A DNA stretch of 38,392 bases, taken from the NCBI GenBank assembly GCA_043754515.1, contig JAYUUO010000138.1, positions 1 to 38,392 of the forward strand, in the 5' to 3' direction. The position numbers and the translations under genes were made by a program. Positions 26,964 to 35,731 of this stretch are shown piece after piece. The notes below the pieces were generated by a model. That model saw only the letters and a list, made by a program, of their open reading frames with translations. It made no database searches and was not told the DNA's origin. The stretch's first letter is position 1. Each line of letters starts with the position of its first letter. The DNA is from Armatimonadota bacterium (GTDB taxonomy: Bacteria; Armatimonadota; Armatimonadia; Armatimonadales; Armatimonadaceae).

Positions 26964-27887
26964 ATGTACACGATACTCACTAAAAACAGCACGCCATCCG
27001 TGCCGATGACGCGCGTCCAGCTACGGGGTCTCGTCGAGACCGGCGTCGTTACCCGCGAAACCCCCGTCACGCTCACCGCGAGCGGGCGTACGCTCCGCGC
27101 CGCCTCTCTCCCCGAACTTGCCGACCTCCTCCTTGGTTCGACCGTCGTGACAACCGGGCCTCTTCTCAAATCTCCTGTCCGTCAGAAGCCGCTTTCTATC
27201 TTACCCGCGCCTGATGCCTCGTCCGTGTCCCCCACGGGGACGCGGCGCATCACCGAGCTGCCCGTGCTGAGGGCCACCTCCGGTGCGCCCGACCCTGTGG
27301 CGAATACTCCGACCGACCCGAATGTGCTATTCCTGCGCGAGGCGACGCGCCAGTACAGGTCGTTGAACGGCTGGCAACTTTTCGGGGCATATGCAGTGCT
27401 AGGGCTGGGTGCCTATCTATTCGGATTGCTCGGCATCGTCGCGGGCGGCTTGGTATCCTTGTTCGGCGTCGCCATGCTCGTATACGCCCTGACGCAGAAG
27501 CCCGCGCTCCGCTCTCGCGTCACGGATCGGGGCGTAGACGCGTCCGAGTGGGCGCGTCCATTGGAGAGGCACTTCTGGCTCCTGTCCGCGCGGAGCGTGG
27601 TCGCGATCATGCTCTCATGTACCGTGCTTGCCGGCCTCTTGCAGTGGCAGATCGCCTCCGTGACGGGTCGCGACGGACGACTGGACCTCGCGCGGGCGAA
27701 TAGTACCATCGTTATGCTCGTCGCCCAATCTTGCCGTGACTCCGATCAGCTGTTCGCGAGAGTCGGGCAGCCCCAGTCGCAGAATCGGGGCACCGGGCAC
27801 TACGAGTTAGAATATGCCTGCGCGGACAACCGGACGGTCTACGTGGAGCTGAAGCCATATGGACGCGTCGGGGACGTACACCGGTAA
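26964..27887 (+). CDS. Membrane protein, possible N-terminal GYF-like domain
   Basis: PMTRVQLRGLVETGVVTRETPV; three hydrophobic segments. Confidence 0.65.
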   Translation: MYTILTKNSTPSVPMTRVQLRGLVETGVVTRETPVTLTASGRTLRAASLPELADLLLGSTVVTTGPLLKSPVRQKPLSILPAPDASSVSPTGTRRITELPVLRATSGAPDPVANTPTDPNVLFLREATRQYRSLNGWQLFGAYAVLGLGAYLFGLLGIVAGGLVSLFGVAMLVYALTQKPALRSRVTDRGVDASEWARPLERHFWLLSARSVVAIMLSCTVLAGLLQWQIASVTGRDGRLDLARANSTIVMLVAQSCRDSDQLFARVGQPQSQNRGTGHYELEYACADNRTVYVELKPYGRVGDVHR

Positions 27888-28291
27888 TGTCGGGGAGTGA
27901 GAATCGGATGCGTATATCAGTGCCTTTATTTTTCTTGATCGGTCTGTTAGCGGCGAGCCGTGTGGCTGACGCGCAGAGCGTCGGCTTCAAGGTGGTTCTC
28001 CAGAACTCGGGTGGGCGGGCGAACAGAACACCGCTCGGCTTCGCGCCCGATCTGAAGGTGGCGAAGCTCTACTACGGCGCGAACCACGACGACGATATCA
28101 GGCTCATGGCCGGCATGGTTCGATCCGGGCTCATATTCCCCGTCTCGGTCGGCACAGTCGGAATTGTCACGGAGGTGAAAACGATGAAGATCGCGGGCAG
28201 GAAGTACTAAACGATCCGGTTCACTCTGAAAGACGGGCCGGGCAAGGGGCGATCGGGTTAGATCTGGTCGGATATCGTAGCGGGATTCTGA
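27887..28291 (+). pseudogene. Exported protein with two in-frame stops
   Basis: Signal peptide; ...RKY*TIRFTLKDGPGKGRSG*IWSDIVAGF (TAA 28208-28210, TAG 28259-28261). Confidence 0.55.
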
Positions 28292-28360
28292 GCGGCGGCA
28301 CAAACTCGGTTAAAGGCGACGCAGATACCGCCCACTTTGGCGAAGAAATGGATTGATGAG

Positions 28361-28858
28361 ATGCAAATACCACGATATGAAGAGAGCAATCTAACGGATA
28401 GCGAACGCGATCTGCTTGCGCTCGTGGTGGAGCGGTACGCCGCGCCGCTGACGAACGAGGAACGCGACACGCTCACGGTAGAAGTGGATAAATTCGCCTC
28501 CATCGTCGCGGGGCGGGCCTACATTTATGGGCATTCGGACAAATCGCGGCGATTTTCTAGCGAAGACAGACGAGAGAAGCCGCCGCGACAGGCGAATCGA
28601 GAAGACGCGGCACGAGAAGACGAGGCGTCTCTCTCATCTTCTCAATTTGCCGAACCGGAAGGCGAACCGGCGAACATCACCCCTGGCGACTTCTCCGGGC
28701 TACTCGCACGCGTCCTGGGGAAGTACGCGCCGTCGCTCCCGGAGCCCGACCACGCCGCCCTACGGGGGGCACTCGACGAGCTGTACTGCGTCGTTGCGGC
28801 GGGGGCCTACACCCACGGGAGAGAAGAGTGGACGGATCAGCCGGTGACGATCCCATGA
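28361..28858 (+). CDS. Hypothetical protein with internal duplication
   Basis: LLALVVERYA...IVAGRAYIYG versus LLARVLGKYA...VVAAGAYTHG. Confidence 0.6.
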   Translation: MQIPRYEESNLTDSERDLLALVVERYAAPLTNEERDTLTVEVDKFASIVAGRAYIYGHSDKSRRFSSEDRREKPPRQANREDAAREDEASLSSSQFAEPEGEPANITPGDFSGLLARVLGKYAPSLPEPDHAALRGALDELYCVVAAGAYTHGREEWTDQPVTIP

Positions 28859-29634
28859 CGCGCCCGAAAACCCTACCAGCGTTGCTCGCGTGCCTCCTCG
28901 GAAAAAGCGCGGCTTTGTTCCTGCTCGCCCTGGGGCTACTCGTCCCTTCGCTCCCGGCCCGCGCACCGCAGTATGATATGAACGCGCCTATCCTACCGGA
29001 TCACACGAAGACGCCCGGCGACGTGCTCGCCGTGACCACGAAGGACATCTGCACCCCCGGCTACTCGAAGAAGGTGCGCAACGTCCCGCAGGCGGTCAAG
29101 GAGGCGGTGTACAGGGCGTACGGGATCACCCGCCGCGAGAAGGGCGAGTACGAGGTGGATCACCTGGTCTCGCTGGAGCTGGGCGGCTCGAACTCGGCGC
29201 GGAACCTGTGGCCGGAGTCCTACAAAACGACGCCCTGGAATGCGCATGTAAAGGACCGGCTCGAAAACACCTACCACGCCGACGTTTGCAAGCGCGGGGC
29301 AGATCTGCGGACGGTCCAGACGAAGATCGCGGGCGACTGGATCGCGGCGTACAAGGAGCGGTTTAAAACCGATAAGCCGATCCCGCCGAAGGCGAGGAGA
29401 CCGAAGACCGTGCCCTCCGTCGGTGTCAGTACGGGTGCCGGGGCCGGTCACCGAACGCGCCGAACCACTACCGGCGCGGCGGCGGTCGGCGGCATCAAAG
29501 TCTGGGTGAACCTCAACACGGGGGTTTATCACTATCCCGGTCAGCGGTGGTACCAGAACACGGCGAACGGGATGCTGATGAGCGAAAAAGACGCCCAGTC
29601 GCACGGGTACCGCCCGACGACGAACGGCCAGTAA
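28855..29634 (+). CDS. Exported HNH-like nuclease-domain protein
   Basis: YEVDHLVSLELGGSNSARNLWPE; N-terminal hydrophobic signal; C-terminal VWVNLNTGVYH...MSEKDA..GYRP module. Confidence 0.75.
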   Translation: MTRPKTLPALLACLLGKSAALFLLALGLLVPSLPARAPQYDMNAPILPDHTKTPGDVLAVTTKDICTPGYSKKVRNVPQAVKEAVYRAYGITRREKGEYEVDHLVSLELGGSNSARNLWPESYKTTPWNAHVKDRLENTYHADVCKRGADLRTVQTKIAGDWIAAYKERFKTDKPIPPKARRPKTVPSVGVSTGAGAGHRTRRTTTGAAAVGGIKVWVNLNTGVYHYPGQRWYQNTANGMLMSEKDAQSHGYRPTTNGQ

Positions 29635-29918
29635 AGGAACAATTTATGGATATAGATCTTATCAGAGAACAGGCATCCAAGATAACTAAAGAACGTCGGA
29701 TGAAGGTCATCACTGACATGCCGGAAGTCGCCAAATCCCAATATGCGCTAAACACTGATTGCGACCTATGAAGCCATCTATCTCACACCGACTCAGTGCA
29801 TAGCGACGAACAAACTCGCTGCCGTCGCCAGTGAACACCTATCCCGCCTAAACCCCCCAAAGGGAGGGGTGATATATAACCTTCACTACATCCCCGCGCG
29901 ATGAGGCAGACGCTTGCG

Positions 29919-30266
29919 CTAGTACTCGCTCGGTAGCATCACCGTGGTCAGCGACCGATCTGCCTCGGTGATGACCCAGACCCGCTTCGCCTTGACGCCC
30001 GCCATCGCGTCAAGCACCGCCGAATCCGATCCGATCTCATACGCGGACAGGATCCGCTCGCCCGCCGCGACCGCGTGCCGGTTGGCGTCCGCGTCCTCGG
30101 AATCCAGGTTGCCCCAGTCGCCCGCCGTGTGCCGTGCGAGGATCGCTTCAATGGCGGCTCGCGGATCGTTATGAACGCCCGTAAAAGCGTCCCGCGCCCC
30201 CGGCGTAATCAGCACCCGCCCCAAGCGAAAAAGCGGTCCGGTTTTATATGTAGAAGTGTTTTCCAT
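29919..30266 (-). CDS. Conserved plasmid/phage-related hypothetical protein
   Basis: FRLGRVLITPGA, RHTAGDWG, ERILSAY, WVITEADRSLTTVMLPSEY. Confidence 0.85.
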   Translation of the reverse strand: MENTSTYKTGPLFRLGRVLITPGARDAFTGVHNDPRAAIEAILARHTAGDWGNLDSEDADANRHAVAAGERILSAYEIGSDSAVLDAMAGVKAKRVWVITEADRSLTTVMLPSEY

Positions 30267-30338
30267 GCCTATAAACTAAATGCTTACACGACAAGCCGGA
30301 AAGCGGCGCGGGAATCATTCCCGCGTGCCCGCCGTGTT

Positions 30339-30857
30339 TTATCGCACCGTGAATGTCACGCCGACCTTGCCGATCCCCTCCGCTAGCCGGGTGCCCTTCG
30401 TACCGACACCCGCCCGGTTCGAGCACCGCACCGGCGACCCCTCCTGGATGAACCGCGCGGCTTCGGCGAAGCATTCCGCGTAGTCGGGGCTGGTTCGCCG
30501 CCGGTCACTACTGTCGTACTCGAATGTAAGTACGCGCCCCGATTCCGTCACCACCGGGAGCGGTAGCTCGCCCCCGCCGACGTAGATGCGCAGGGCATAC
30601 CCGATGGCCGCGCTCGCCCCCACCTGCTCGGCGGCGGTCAATGTCCTATCGAACGTCGCGCGGATGGCCGTGAAATCGGTCACGTCCGGCTCGCGGAACT
30701 CAGCTGCTTGTGTCGTGTCCGGCAGGGGAAGCGTCACCCCAAAAAATCGGCCCGCAGTCATGTTCAGCAGGAGGAGCGTGTCCGCGCTCGGGGCGGCGGT
30801 GAAGACGCGGGTCGCCGCGTCGAACGCTATTTTCGGATCACCGTTTGAAGCGTCCAT
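30339..30857 (-). CDS. Hypothetical protein
   Basis: Coherent 172-aa ORF in a small leftward operon. Confidence 0.6.
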   Translation of the reverse strand: MDASNGDPKIAFDAATRVFTAAPSADTLLLLNMTAGRFFGVTLPLPDTTQAAEFREPDVTDFTAIRATFDRTLTAAEQVGASAAIGYALRIYVGGGELPLPVVTESGRVLTFEYDSSDRRRTSPDYAECFAEAARFIQEGSPVRCSNRAGVGTKGTRLAEGIGKVGVTFTVR

Positions 30858-30858
30858 G

Positions 30859-31059
30859 TTATCGGGTCCCTTTCGCGGGGCGGACGCTCGCGGAGCGTGT
30901 CCTTGCGACGGTGTACGTCGCGGTGGACTCTTCGTGGGCGAACAGATCGGTGGCTCGCGCTTCGGCGTCGGTCATGTCAATGGCGGATAGTTTGATCTCG
31001 GCACTAATGCCTGTACCGGCAATGACGGTGCGGGTGATGGTGAATCGTTTCATACTCAT
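30859..31059 (-). CDS. Small hypothetical protein
   Basis: Follows the AT-rich divergent promoter region; stop lies 1 nt from the next ATG. Confidence 0.5.
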   Translation of the reverse strand: MSMKRFTITRTVIAGTGISAEIKLSAIDMTDAEARATDLFAHEESTATYTVARTRSASVRPAKGTR

Positions 31060-31120
31060 AGACTACGTCCCGGATGTAGTAAACGGAAATAATAGCAAAC
31101 AATATAATTATTATTTTATG

Positions 31121-31149
31121 TTGACAATATTACCACGCCGCGATACTAT
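31121..31149 (+). promoter_or_regulatory. Sigma70-type promoter of higBA
   Basis: TTGACA-17 nt-TACTAT, 6 nt before the GTG start. Confidence 0.75.
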
Positions 31150-31155
31150 ACTGGT

Positions 31156-31443
31156 GTGATAAGTTCCTTCAAGAACCCGGACACGGAAGCGGTGTTCGCC
31201 GGGAGGTGTTCCCGGAAATACCCGGCCGACATTCAGAGCACGGCGCGGCGCAAACTCATCCAACTCGGCGACGCGGGGAACGTGAACGACATGCGGATCC
31301 CGCCCGGCAACAGGATGGAAAAGTTATACGGGGATAGGAAGGGCCAATGGAGCGTGCGCGTGAACGACCAATGGAGGATCTGCTTCCGGTGGGAGACCGG
31401 CGAAGACAACCCGAGCGAAGTCGAGATCACCGATTACCATTGA
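31156..31443 (+). CDS. higB: HigB (RelE/ParE family) toxin
   Basis: MISSFKN, ARRKLIQL, DMRIPPGNRMEKL.GDRKGQWSVRVNDQWRICFRW, VEITDYH. Confidence 0.95.
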   Translation: MISSFKNPDTEAVFAGRCSRKYPADIQSTARRKLIQLGDAGNVNDMRIPPGNRMEKLYGDRKGQWSVRVNDQWRICFRWETGEDNPSEVEITDYH

Positions 31444-31488
31444 AACGGAACAAAACAGAGTTTTTTCCGCAGACCAGAAAGAAAACCA

Positions 31489-32013
31489 ATGACACACAAT
31501 GAGGTCGCCTCCCATTTTATTGACGCCGTGCAGGGCGGGTCTGCGGGTCCCCTGCCGAACACCGTCCGGCTCGACGCCCGCGCGTGGGCGCGGCGTCTCG
31601 CCGACACCCCGCCAGGGGAGCGTCTCGCGCCCGTCCACCCCGGCGAAGTCCTCGACGAGGATTTCCTCAAACCGGGCCGCCTGACCAAATACCGTCTCGC
31701 CGCCGACACCGGGCTTACCCCGACGCACGTCGGACAGATCGTGGCCGGGGCGCGGGGCGTCACTGCGCCGGTCGCGCTCCGTCTCGCGGCGTACTTCGGT
31801 AATTCGCCTGAGTTCTGGATGCGTCTCCAGATCGGCTACGACCTGGAAACGGCGGCGCGGGAGATGGCGGACGAACTGGAGGCCCTGCCCCGCGTGGAAT
31901 GGGACGCGGCTCCGGGGTCGCCGGATTCACCGCGTCCGAAGCGACTGTACCGGCGTCGTGCCTCGCGGCAGGGACTCGTCAACTCAGAGAAATCGCCGGG
32001 GCGATTTTCTTGA
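31489..32013 (+). CDS. higA: HigA antitoxin with N- and C-terminal extensions
   Basis: PVHPGEVLDEDFLKP...YRLAAD...VTAPVALRLAAYFGNSPEFWMRLQIGYDL. Confidence 0.93.
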   Translation: MTHNEVASHFIDAVQGGSAGPLPNTVRLDARAWARRLADTPPGERLAPVHPGEVLDEDFLKPGRLTKYRLAADTGLTPTHVGQIVAGARGVTAPVALRLAAYFGNSPEFWMRLQIGYDLETAAREMADELEALPRVEWDAAPGSPDSPRPKRLYRRRASRQGLVNSEKSPGRFS

Positions 32014-32029
32014 GTGCCGAACCAGGGCT

Positions 32030-32551
32030 TTATTCTTTCCCCCTCGGCCCGAGTACTTCCCACTCCAGGAGCAGGTGCTGCGCCGCGAGCGACTCCTCGA
32101 AGCCGACCCCCACGCCGTCGGCGTCTATCCAGCCCCGCTCCCTGTCCACCCGCCGGGCGAGGGCCCGCGCGGCCTCCAGTGCGGCGAGCAACTCGCGGGT
32201 GGCGGGCGTGTCCAGGAACTCCAGCGGCACCGCGTCGCGCTGGATCGGCTTTCCCGGCCGCGCCGCCCCGCACGCGAGCAGGAGTGTCAGCGCGTTGTTC
32301 GCCGCTTCGTATGCCGCCTGGGCGGAACCCTCCGCGAGATCGAGATTTCGCGCGAGTGCCTCCGTGGAAAAATGCTCCGCCCGTTCCGGGGATCCCGGAA
32401 GCGGTGGAAACGCGTTTCCACCTGGGTCGCCGCGCTGGATTCTGTTCCTTCGCCAATGCCCCGCGCTCCGCATGTGTGTGATAGCCTGCGTCGCCTGCCG
32501 TCGCGCGTGCTCGACCGAGACCGTCACCCTGTTCATGTTCTTACTGTCCAT
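32030..32551 (-). CDS. Hypothetical helical protein
   Basis: ATG overlaps the end of the upstream HTH gene. Confidence 0.55.
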   Translation of the reverse strand: MDSKNMNRVTVSVEHARRQATQAITHMRSAGHWRRNRIQRGDPGGNAFPPLPGSPERAEHFSTEALARNLDLAEGSAQAAYEAANNALTLLLACGAARPGKPIQRDAVPLEFLDTPATRELLAALEAARALARRVDRERGWIDADGVGVGFEESLAAQHLLLEWEVLGPRGKE

Positions 32552-32777
32552 TCGCTTCACAATCTTCCTCTCGTTTCTTCGGCTTAGGTCCCGGCCTTTT
32601 CGATACGTCCCAGGCGTCCACGTCGGCGGGCAGGAGCAGGAGTAGCCTCGCCCCCGGCACCGACAAGGCGGGCAGATGCCCGCGCCGGATCGAGCTGTAC
32701 ACGGTCTGCATCGGCACCCCGCGCCGCGCCGCCGCCTCGCTCGCCACCAGATACCAAACGCCGTCCCATTGAACCAT
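32541..32777 (-). CDS. Excisionase-like (HTH_17) DNA-binding protein
   Basis: YLVASEAAARRGVPMQTVYSSIRRGHLPA...DVDAW...RPGPKP. Confidence 0.75.
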   Translation of the reverse strand: MVQWDGVWYLVASEAAARRGVPMQTVYSSIRRGHLPALSVPGARLLLLLPADVDAWDVSKRPGPKPKKREEDCEANGQ

Positions 32778-32782
32778 GCGCC

Positions 32783-32866
32783 ATTGTACACCCCGCGCGG
32801 GATAATTGCATACATTGTTTGCAAAAGCCTTTCCGGTTCGGGTATATTGAATATAGTGTATGCAAT
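32783..32866. promoter_or_regulatory. Divergent promoters with inverted operator pair
   Basis: ATTGCATACATT (32805-32816) and AGTGTATGCAAT (32855-32866); TTGCAA-18 nt-TATATT on plus; ATGCAA-17 nt-TACAAT on minus. Confidence 0.6.
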
Positions 32867-32922
32867 GTAAGGGGAGAACGGCTGGAGCCGAACCGGAACC
32901 CCCCGCGAAGGAAACACAGACC

Positions 32923-33309
32923 ATGCAAGCTACAACCCCGACAGTAGAGACATACACCCGCCAAACGGCGAATAAAATCGCGTATCACGGCGCGATGAAG
33001 ATAAAGCGTGCCGGCAGCGGCTACCGCATCGACAAGCAGAGCAAGGGATACTACTTAGTAACCACGCCCGACGGGTTCAACCTGTATGGTGTAACCTTGT
33101 TTGAGGACGGCAAGCACGGCTCGTGCGGGTGTGCCTTCTGGAACGCGGCGAAGGAACACGAGATCTGCAAGCACGTGATGGCGTGTCGGTGGCTCGCGGA
33201 AGACGACCGGGATGCGGATCAAGCGGAAGCCGATCTCGACGCGGCGGGTGACCTGCGCGACCTGCGAATGGCGGCAGAAGCAGACCGGGCGTATAGCCTG
33301 GCGCGATAG
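32923..33309 (+). CDS. SWIM zinc-finger protein
   Basis: SCGCAFW...ICKHVMAC. Confidence 0.78.
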   Translation: MQATTPTVETYTRQTANKIAYHGAMKIKRAGSGYRIDKQSKGYYLVTTPDGFNLYGVTLFEDGKHGSCGCAFWNAAKEHEICKHVMACRWLAEDDRDADQAEADLDAAGDLRDLRMAAEADRAYSLAR

Positions 33310-33363
33310 GAACCGACCGGGGGAGGGTTCACGCTCTCCCCTGATTATAACGAAGGAAACGAC

Positions 33364-33972
33364 ATGAAAAACGATACCATTTTCGAGTCTGACGACGACG
33401 ACATCTCCGATCTTCCCGCCGACTTCCTCGCGGCGGCTAACGAAGGCATGGCACAGGCGCGGGCCGAGATCGGGCTGGGGACGTCCCCCGCGTTCCCCAT
33501 CCCCTTCGCCGTCGATTCCGAAGCCCGCGCGGAGTGGCTTCTACGAAAGCTCGCGACCATAGACGCCGAGGCCGAACGCATGAAGGCGAACACCTGCGAG
33601 CGGCTACGGGAACTGCAAACCGACCGCGACAGGTTACTCCACCGGTTCGGGGAGCAGTTCATGGCGTGGGCACGCGGCGAAGCAGCCACACGGCGACGCA
33701 AGACGGTCACGCTCGCCAACGGCGCGGTAACGTTCCGCGCTACCCCAGCCCGCTTCGCCATCACGAACGAAGACGCCGCCATCGAAGCCGCCCGCACCGC
33801 CTGCCCTGCCGCGCTAGCCGTGGCGACAGTGACGCGGCTCGACCGGAACGCCCTGCTGGGCTACGTGGAAGCGACGGGGGAGGTGCTACCCGGCGTGGAA
33901 TGGATCCCGGCAGGCGAGTCGGTCTCCATCAAACCCGGTGGAGCGAAAAAGGGAGAGGAGGCCCCCGGCTAA
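33364..33972 (+). CDS. gam: Mu Gam-like host-nuclease inhibitor / DNA end-binding protein
   Basis: FAVDSEARAEWLLRKL, coiled coil, KTVTLANGAVTFR, LDRNAL, GEVLPGVE. Confidence 0.75.
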   Translation: MKNDTIFESDDDDISDLPADFLAAANEGMAQARAEIGLGTSPAFPIPFAVDSEARAEWLLRKLATIDAEAERMKANTCERLRELQTDRDRLLHRFGEQFMAWARGEAATRRRKTVTLANGAVTFRATPARFAITNEDAAIEAARTACPAALAVATVTRLDRNALLGYVEATGEVLPGVEWIPAGESVSIKPGGAKKGEEAPG

Positions 33973-33979
33973 ATAAAAA

Positions 33980-34012
33980 CACCCCGCCCCGTGTTAAGCA
34001 CGGGGCGGGGTG
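33980..34012. terminator. GC-rich hairpin between converging gam and lysin genes
   Basis: CACCCCGCCCCGTG-TTAAG-CACGGGGCGGGGTG with an A-run on the left (U-tract on minus). Confidence 0.75.
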
Positions 34013-34145
34013 GAAAAGGAGTTATGCACACTTTATTTCGCCAATGAGAGGACTATCCCTTGCGGGCGGAAACGACCCCACCCTGCTGTTTCCTCGTCTA
34101 GCCGGTGGCGACCTCGCGCTTCTCAGAGAAATCGCTTCACACAAT

Positions 34146-34203
34146 CCACAAAATCGCCGCGAAAGAGAGACGCCGCGTCTTCTCGATTTGTGTGAACGGC
34201 CGC
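34146..34203 (-). repeat. 58-bp repeat island, copy 2
   Basis: Exact reverse complement of 12744-12801. Confidence 0.95.
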
Positions 34204-34256
34204 GTTTAATCTGCACAGGCGAAACGGAACAAACGCCGCGATTGTCAGAGTGTGGA

Positions 34257-34832
34257 TTAGGCGATTTTCTTGAGTGCCGCGATCCGGTTCAGCCACCCCG
34301 CGAGGAACTTGTGGTTTGTTTTCCCCGGAGCCCCGATCTCGTTGTAGAACGCGACGCGACGCGCGTTCAGCCCGTCCGCCAGCGTGTCATGGGCGAGCGT
34401 GAACCGCTTCGCCGCCGCGAGCGTCGCCGGGCCGAACACCCCGTCGAGCGACGTCCCTAGGATCGCCTGGAGCCAGCGCACCGCACGCGACGTTCCTACG
34501 TTAACCGCCGCGTCGAACAGCGACAGCGCGAGGCCGTACCCCAGGTCGTCGCAGTGGCACGGGTCCCAGTAGTGGTCGTGGTATATGTCCGCCACTTCGA
34601 CAGCCGTCATGTGGCGCAGGGGTTGCAAGGGGAGCGCGTGCTCTTTGCGCCAGGCGTCGTAATCGAAGTGCGTGACCCCCACCTCGGTCTCGCCGCCGGA
34701 ATCGCCCGCGACTAGTTCCCAGTACATGCCCTCCTGCGGGAGCACGAAGGCCAGCGCGCGGCGGAAGTTCGCCGACTTGCCGGACGCGGCGGCGATGATG
34801 TCCGCCTCCGTCATGTTAATTTTCCGTACCAT
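34257..34832 (-). CDS. GH108 endolysin with peptidoglycan-binding C-terminus
   Basis: EG...DSGGETEVGVT, IYHDHYW, FDAAVNVG, LQAILG...DGVFGPATL, FLAGWLNR. Confidence 0.92.
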   Translation of the reverse strand: MVRKINMTEADIIAAASGKSANFRRALAFVLPQEGMYWELVAGDSGGETEVGVTHFDYDAWRKEHALPLQPLRHMTAVEVADIYHDHYWDPCHCDDLGYGLALSLFDAAVNVGTSRAVRWLQAILGTSLDGVFGPATLAAAKRFTLAHDTLADGLNARRVAFYNEIGAPGKTNHKFLAGWLNRIAALKKIA

Positions 34833-35461
34833 AATCCGTACTCCTTATTTCCTCGACAAATCGCGGCGATTTTCGATCTCTGCCAGAACGGGTCGGCGGG
34901 ATGTTCGTGGGTGAGCCGGGTCGTGACGCGCCCGGCCGGGAGCAGCAGATCCTCCCGGCCCAGGTACCAGAGGATCTCCTCCCAGGCCGCGACCCACCCC
35001 CAGCAGACGACGGCGCGGTAGCCGCTCCCGGCCAGTCGCGCGAGCCAGACGCGCTGCTCGTCCCCGACATGCCCCTCCCGGTAACGCTTGAGCTCGATCC
35101 TGAGTCCGGCGAAGCCGCGGGCGGGCACGTCGAGCGACATGTCCGGCACCCCGGCTTTCAGCCCCTGCCGCGAAAGGGCCGCGCCCGTCGCTTTCGCCCG
35201 GTGCCCTCCGTTCGGGACGTGGTACAGGCTCCGCAGCTCCGGCACAGCCGCCTCGTGTAAGGCGGCTGTGCGGAAGAGCGTCTCCTGGTGCCTATCCTCG
35301 GTCGGGTCAGGCTCCCGGCACGGTGTCAAGCGTAGCGGCGGCCGGCGGGGCGATCGCGGGAGTGTCGGGAATCGCGGCGATTCTCCGATCTGCGGCGGAT
35401 CCGTTGGAAACAGTGTCGGTTCGGGAGAAACAAGTTTCTCCCTGGCTTGCGAACGATCCAT
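34811..35461 (-). CDS. VRR-NUC domain nuclease (start uncertain)
   Basis: TEDRHQ, YHVPNGG, GLKAGVPDM, IELKR, EQRVWLARL..GYRAVVC. Confidence 0.85.
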   Translation of the reverse strand: MDRSQAREKLVSPEPTLFPTDPPQIGESPRFPTLPRSPRRPPLRLTPCREPDPTEDRHQETLFRTAALHEAAVPELRSLYHVPNGGHRAKATGAALSRQGLKAGVPDMSLDVPARGFAGLRIELKRYREGHVGDEQRVWLARLAGSGYRAVVCWGWVAAWEEILWYLGREDLLLPAGRVTTRLTHEHPADPFWQRSKIAAICRGNKEYGLWYGKLT

Positions 35462-35714
35462 CGGCGTTGCTCCAGGTTTTCTTCTTCGGGTTGCGCACGT
35501 AGCAGATCGCGCCTATCAGGGCACCTAGTCCGGCGATATACTGGGATTTACCGCCGACGCCGAGCTGGGCACCAAGCGCGAGGCCGCTCCCGTATGCGGC
35601 ACCGACCGCGGTCGTGAACTCGACCCAGCGGAAGTTGTCGAACCAGCGTCCCAGGGTGGAACTCGTCCGCGCGGCGGCGGATTTGGCGAGTCGGGTGAAT
35701 AATTCATCCATCAA
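35307..35714 (-). CDS. Small membrane protein, holin candidate
   Basis: Two Gly/Ala-rich hydrophobic segments followed by basic RNPKKK; lies upstream of the lysin. Confidence 0.45.
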   Translation of the reverse strand: MMDELFTRLAKSAAARTSSTLGRWFDNFRWVEFTTAVGAAYGSGLALGAQLGVGGKSQYIAGLGALIGAICYVRNPKKKTWSNADGSFASQGETCFSRTDTVSNGSAADRRIAAIPDTPAIAPPAAATLDTVPGA

Positions 35715-35731
35715 TAAGGTAACCTTCTTTC

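Noticed and set aside
29647..29880. Short ORF MDIDLIREQ... and weak hairpin
   Set aside because: Too short and featureless to support; possibly a gene remnant.
10570..29921. Amber (TAG) stop-codon reassignment in the phage
   Set aside because: One interruption is TAA, one TAG fits a TGG mutation, and TAG ends genes at their conserved C-termini (e.g. LPSEY* at 29919).
12744..34203. Diversity-generating retroelement TR/VR pair
   Set aside because: The copies are identical, with no adenine-specific differences, and no reverse transcriptase is visible.
24815..34257. Integrase, protelomerase or ParAB genes
   Set aside because: No ORF shows recombinase catalytic motifs or a deviant Walker A motif.
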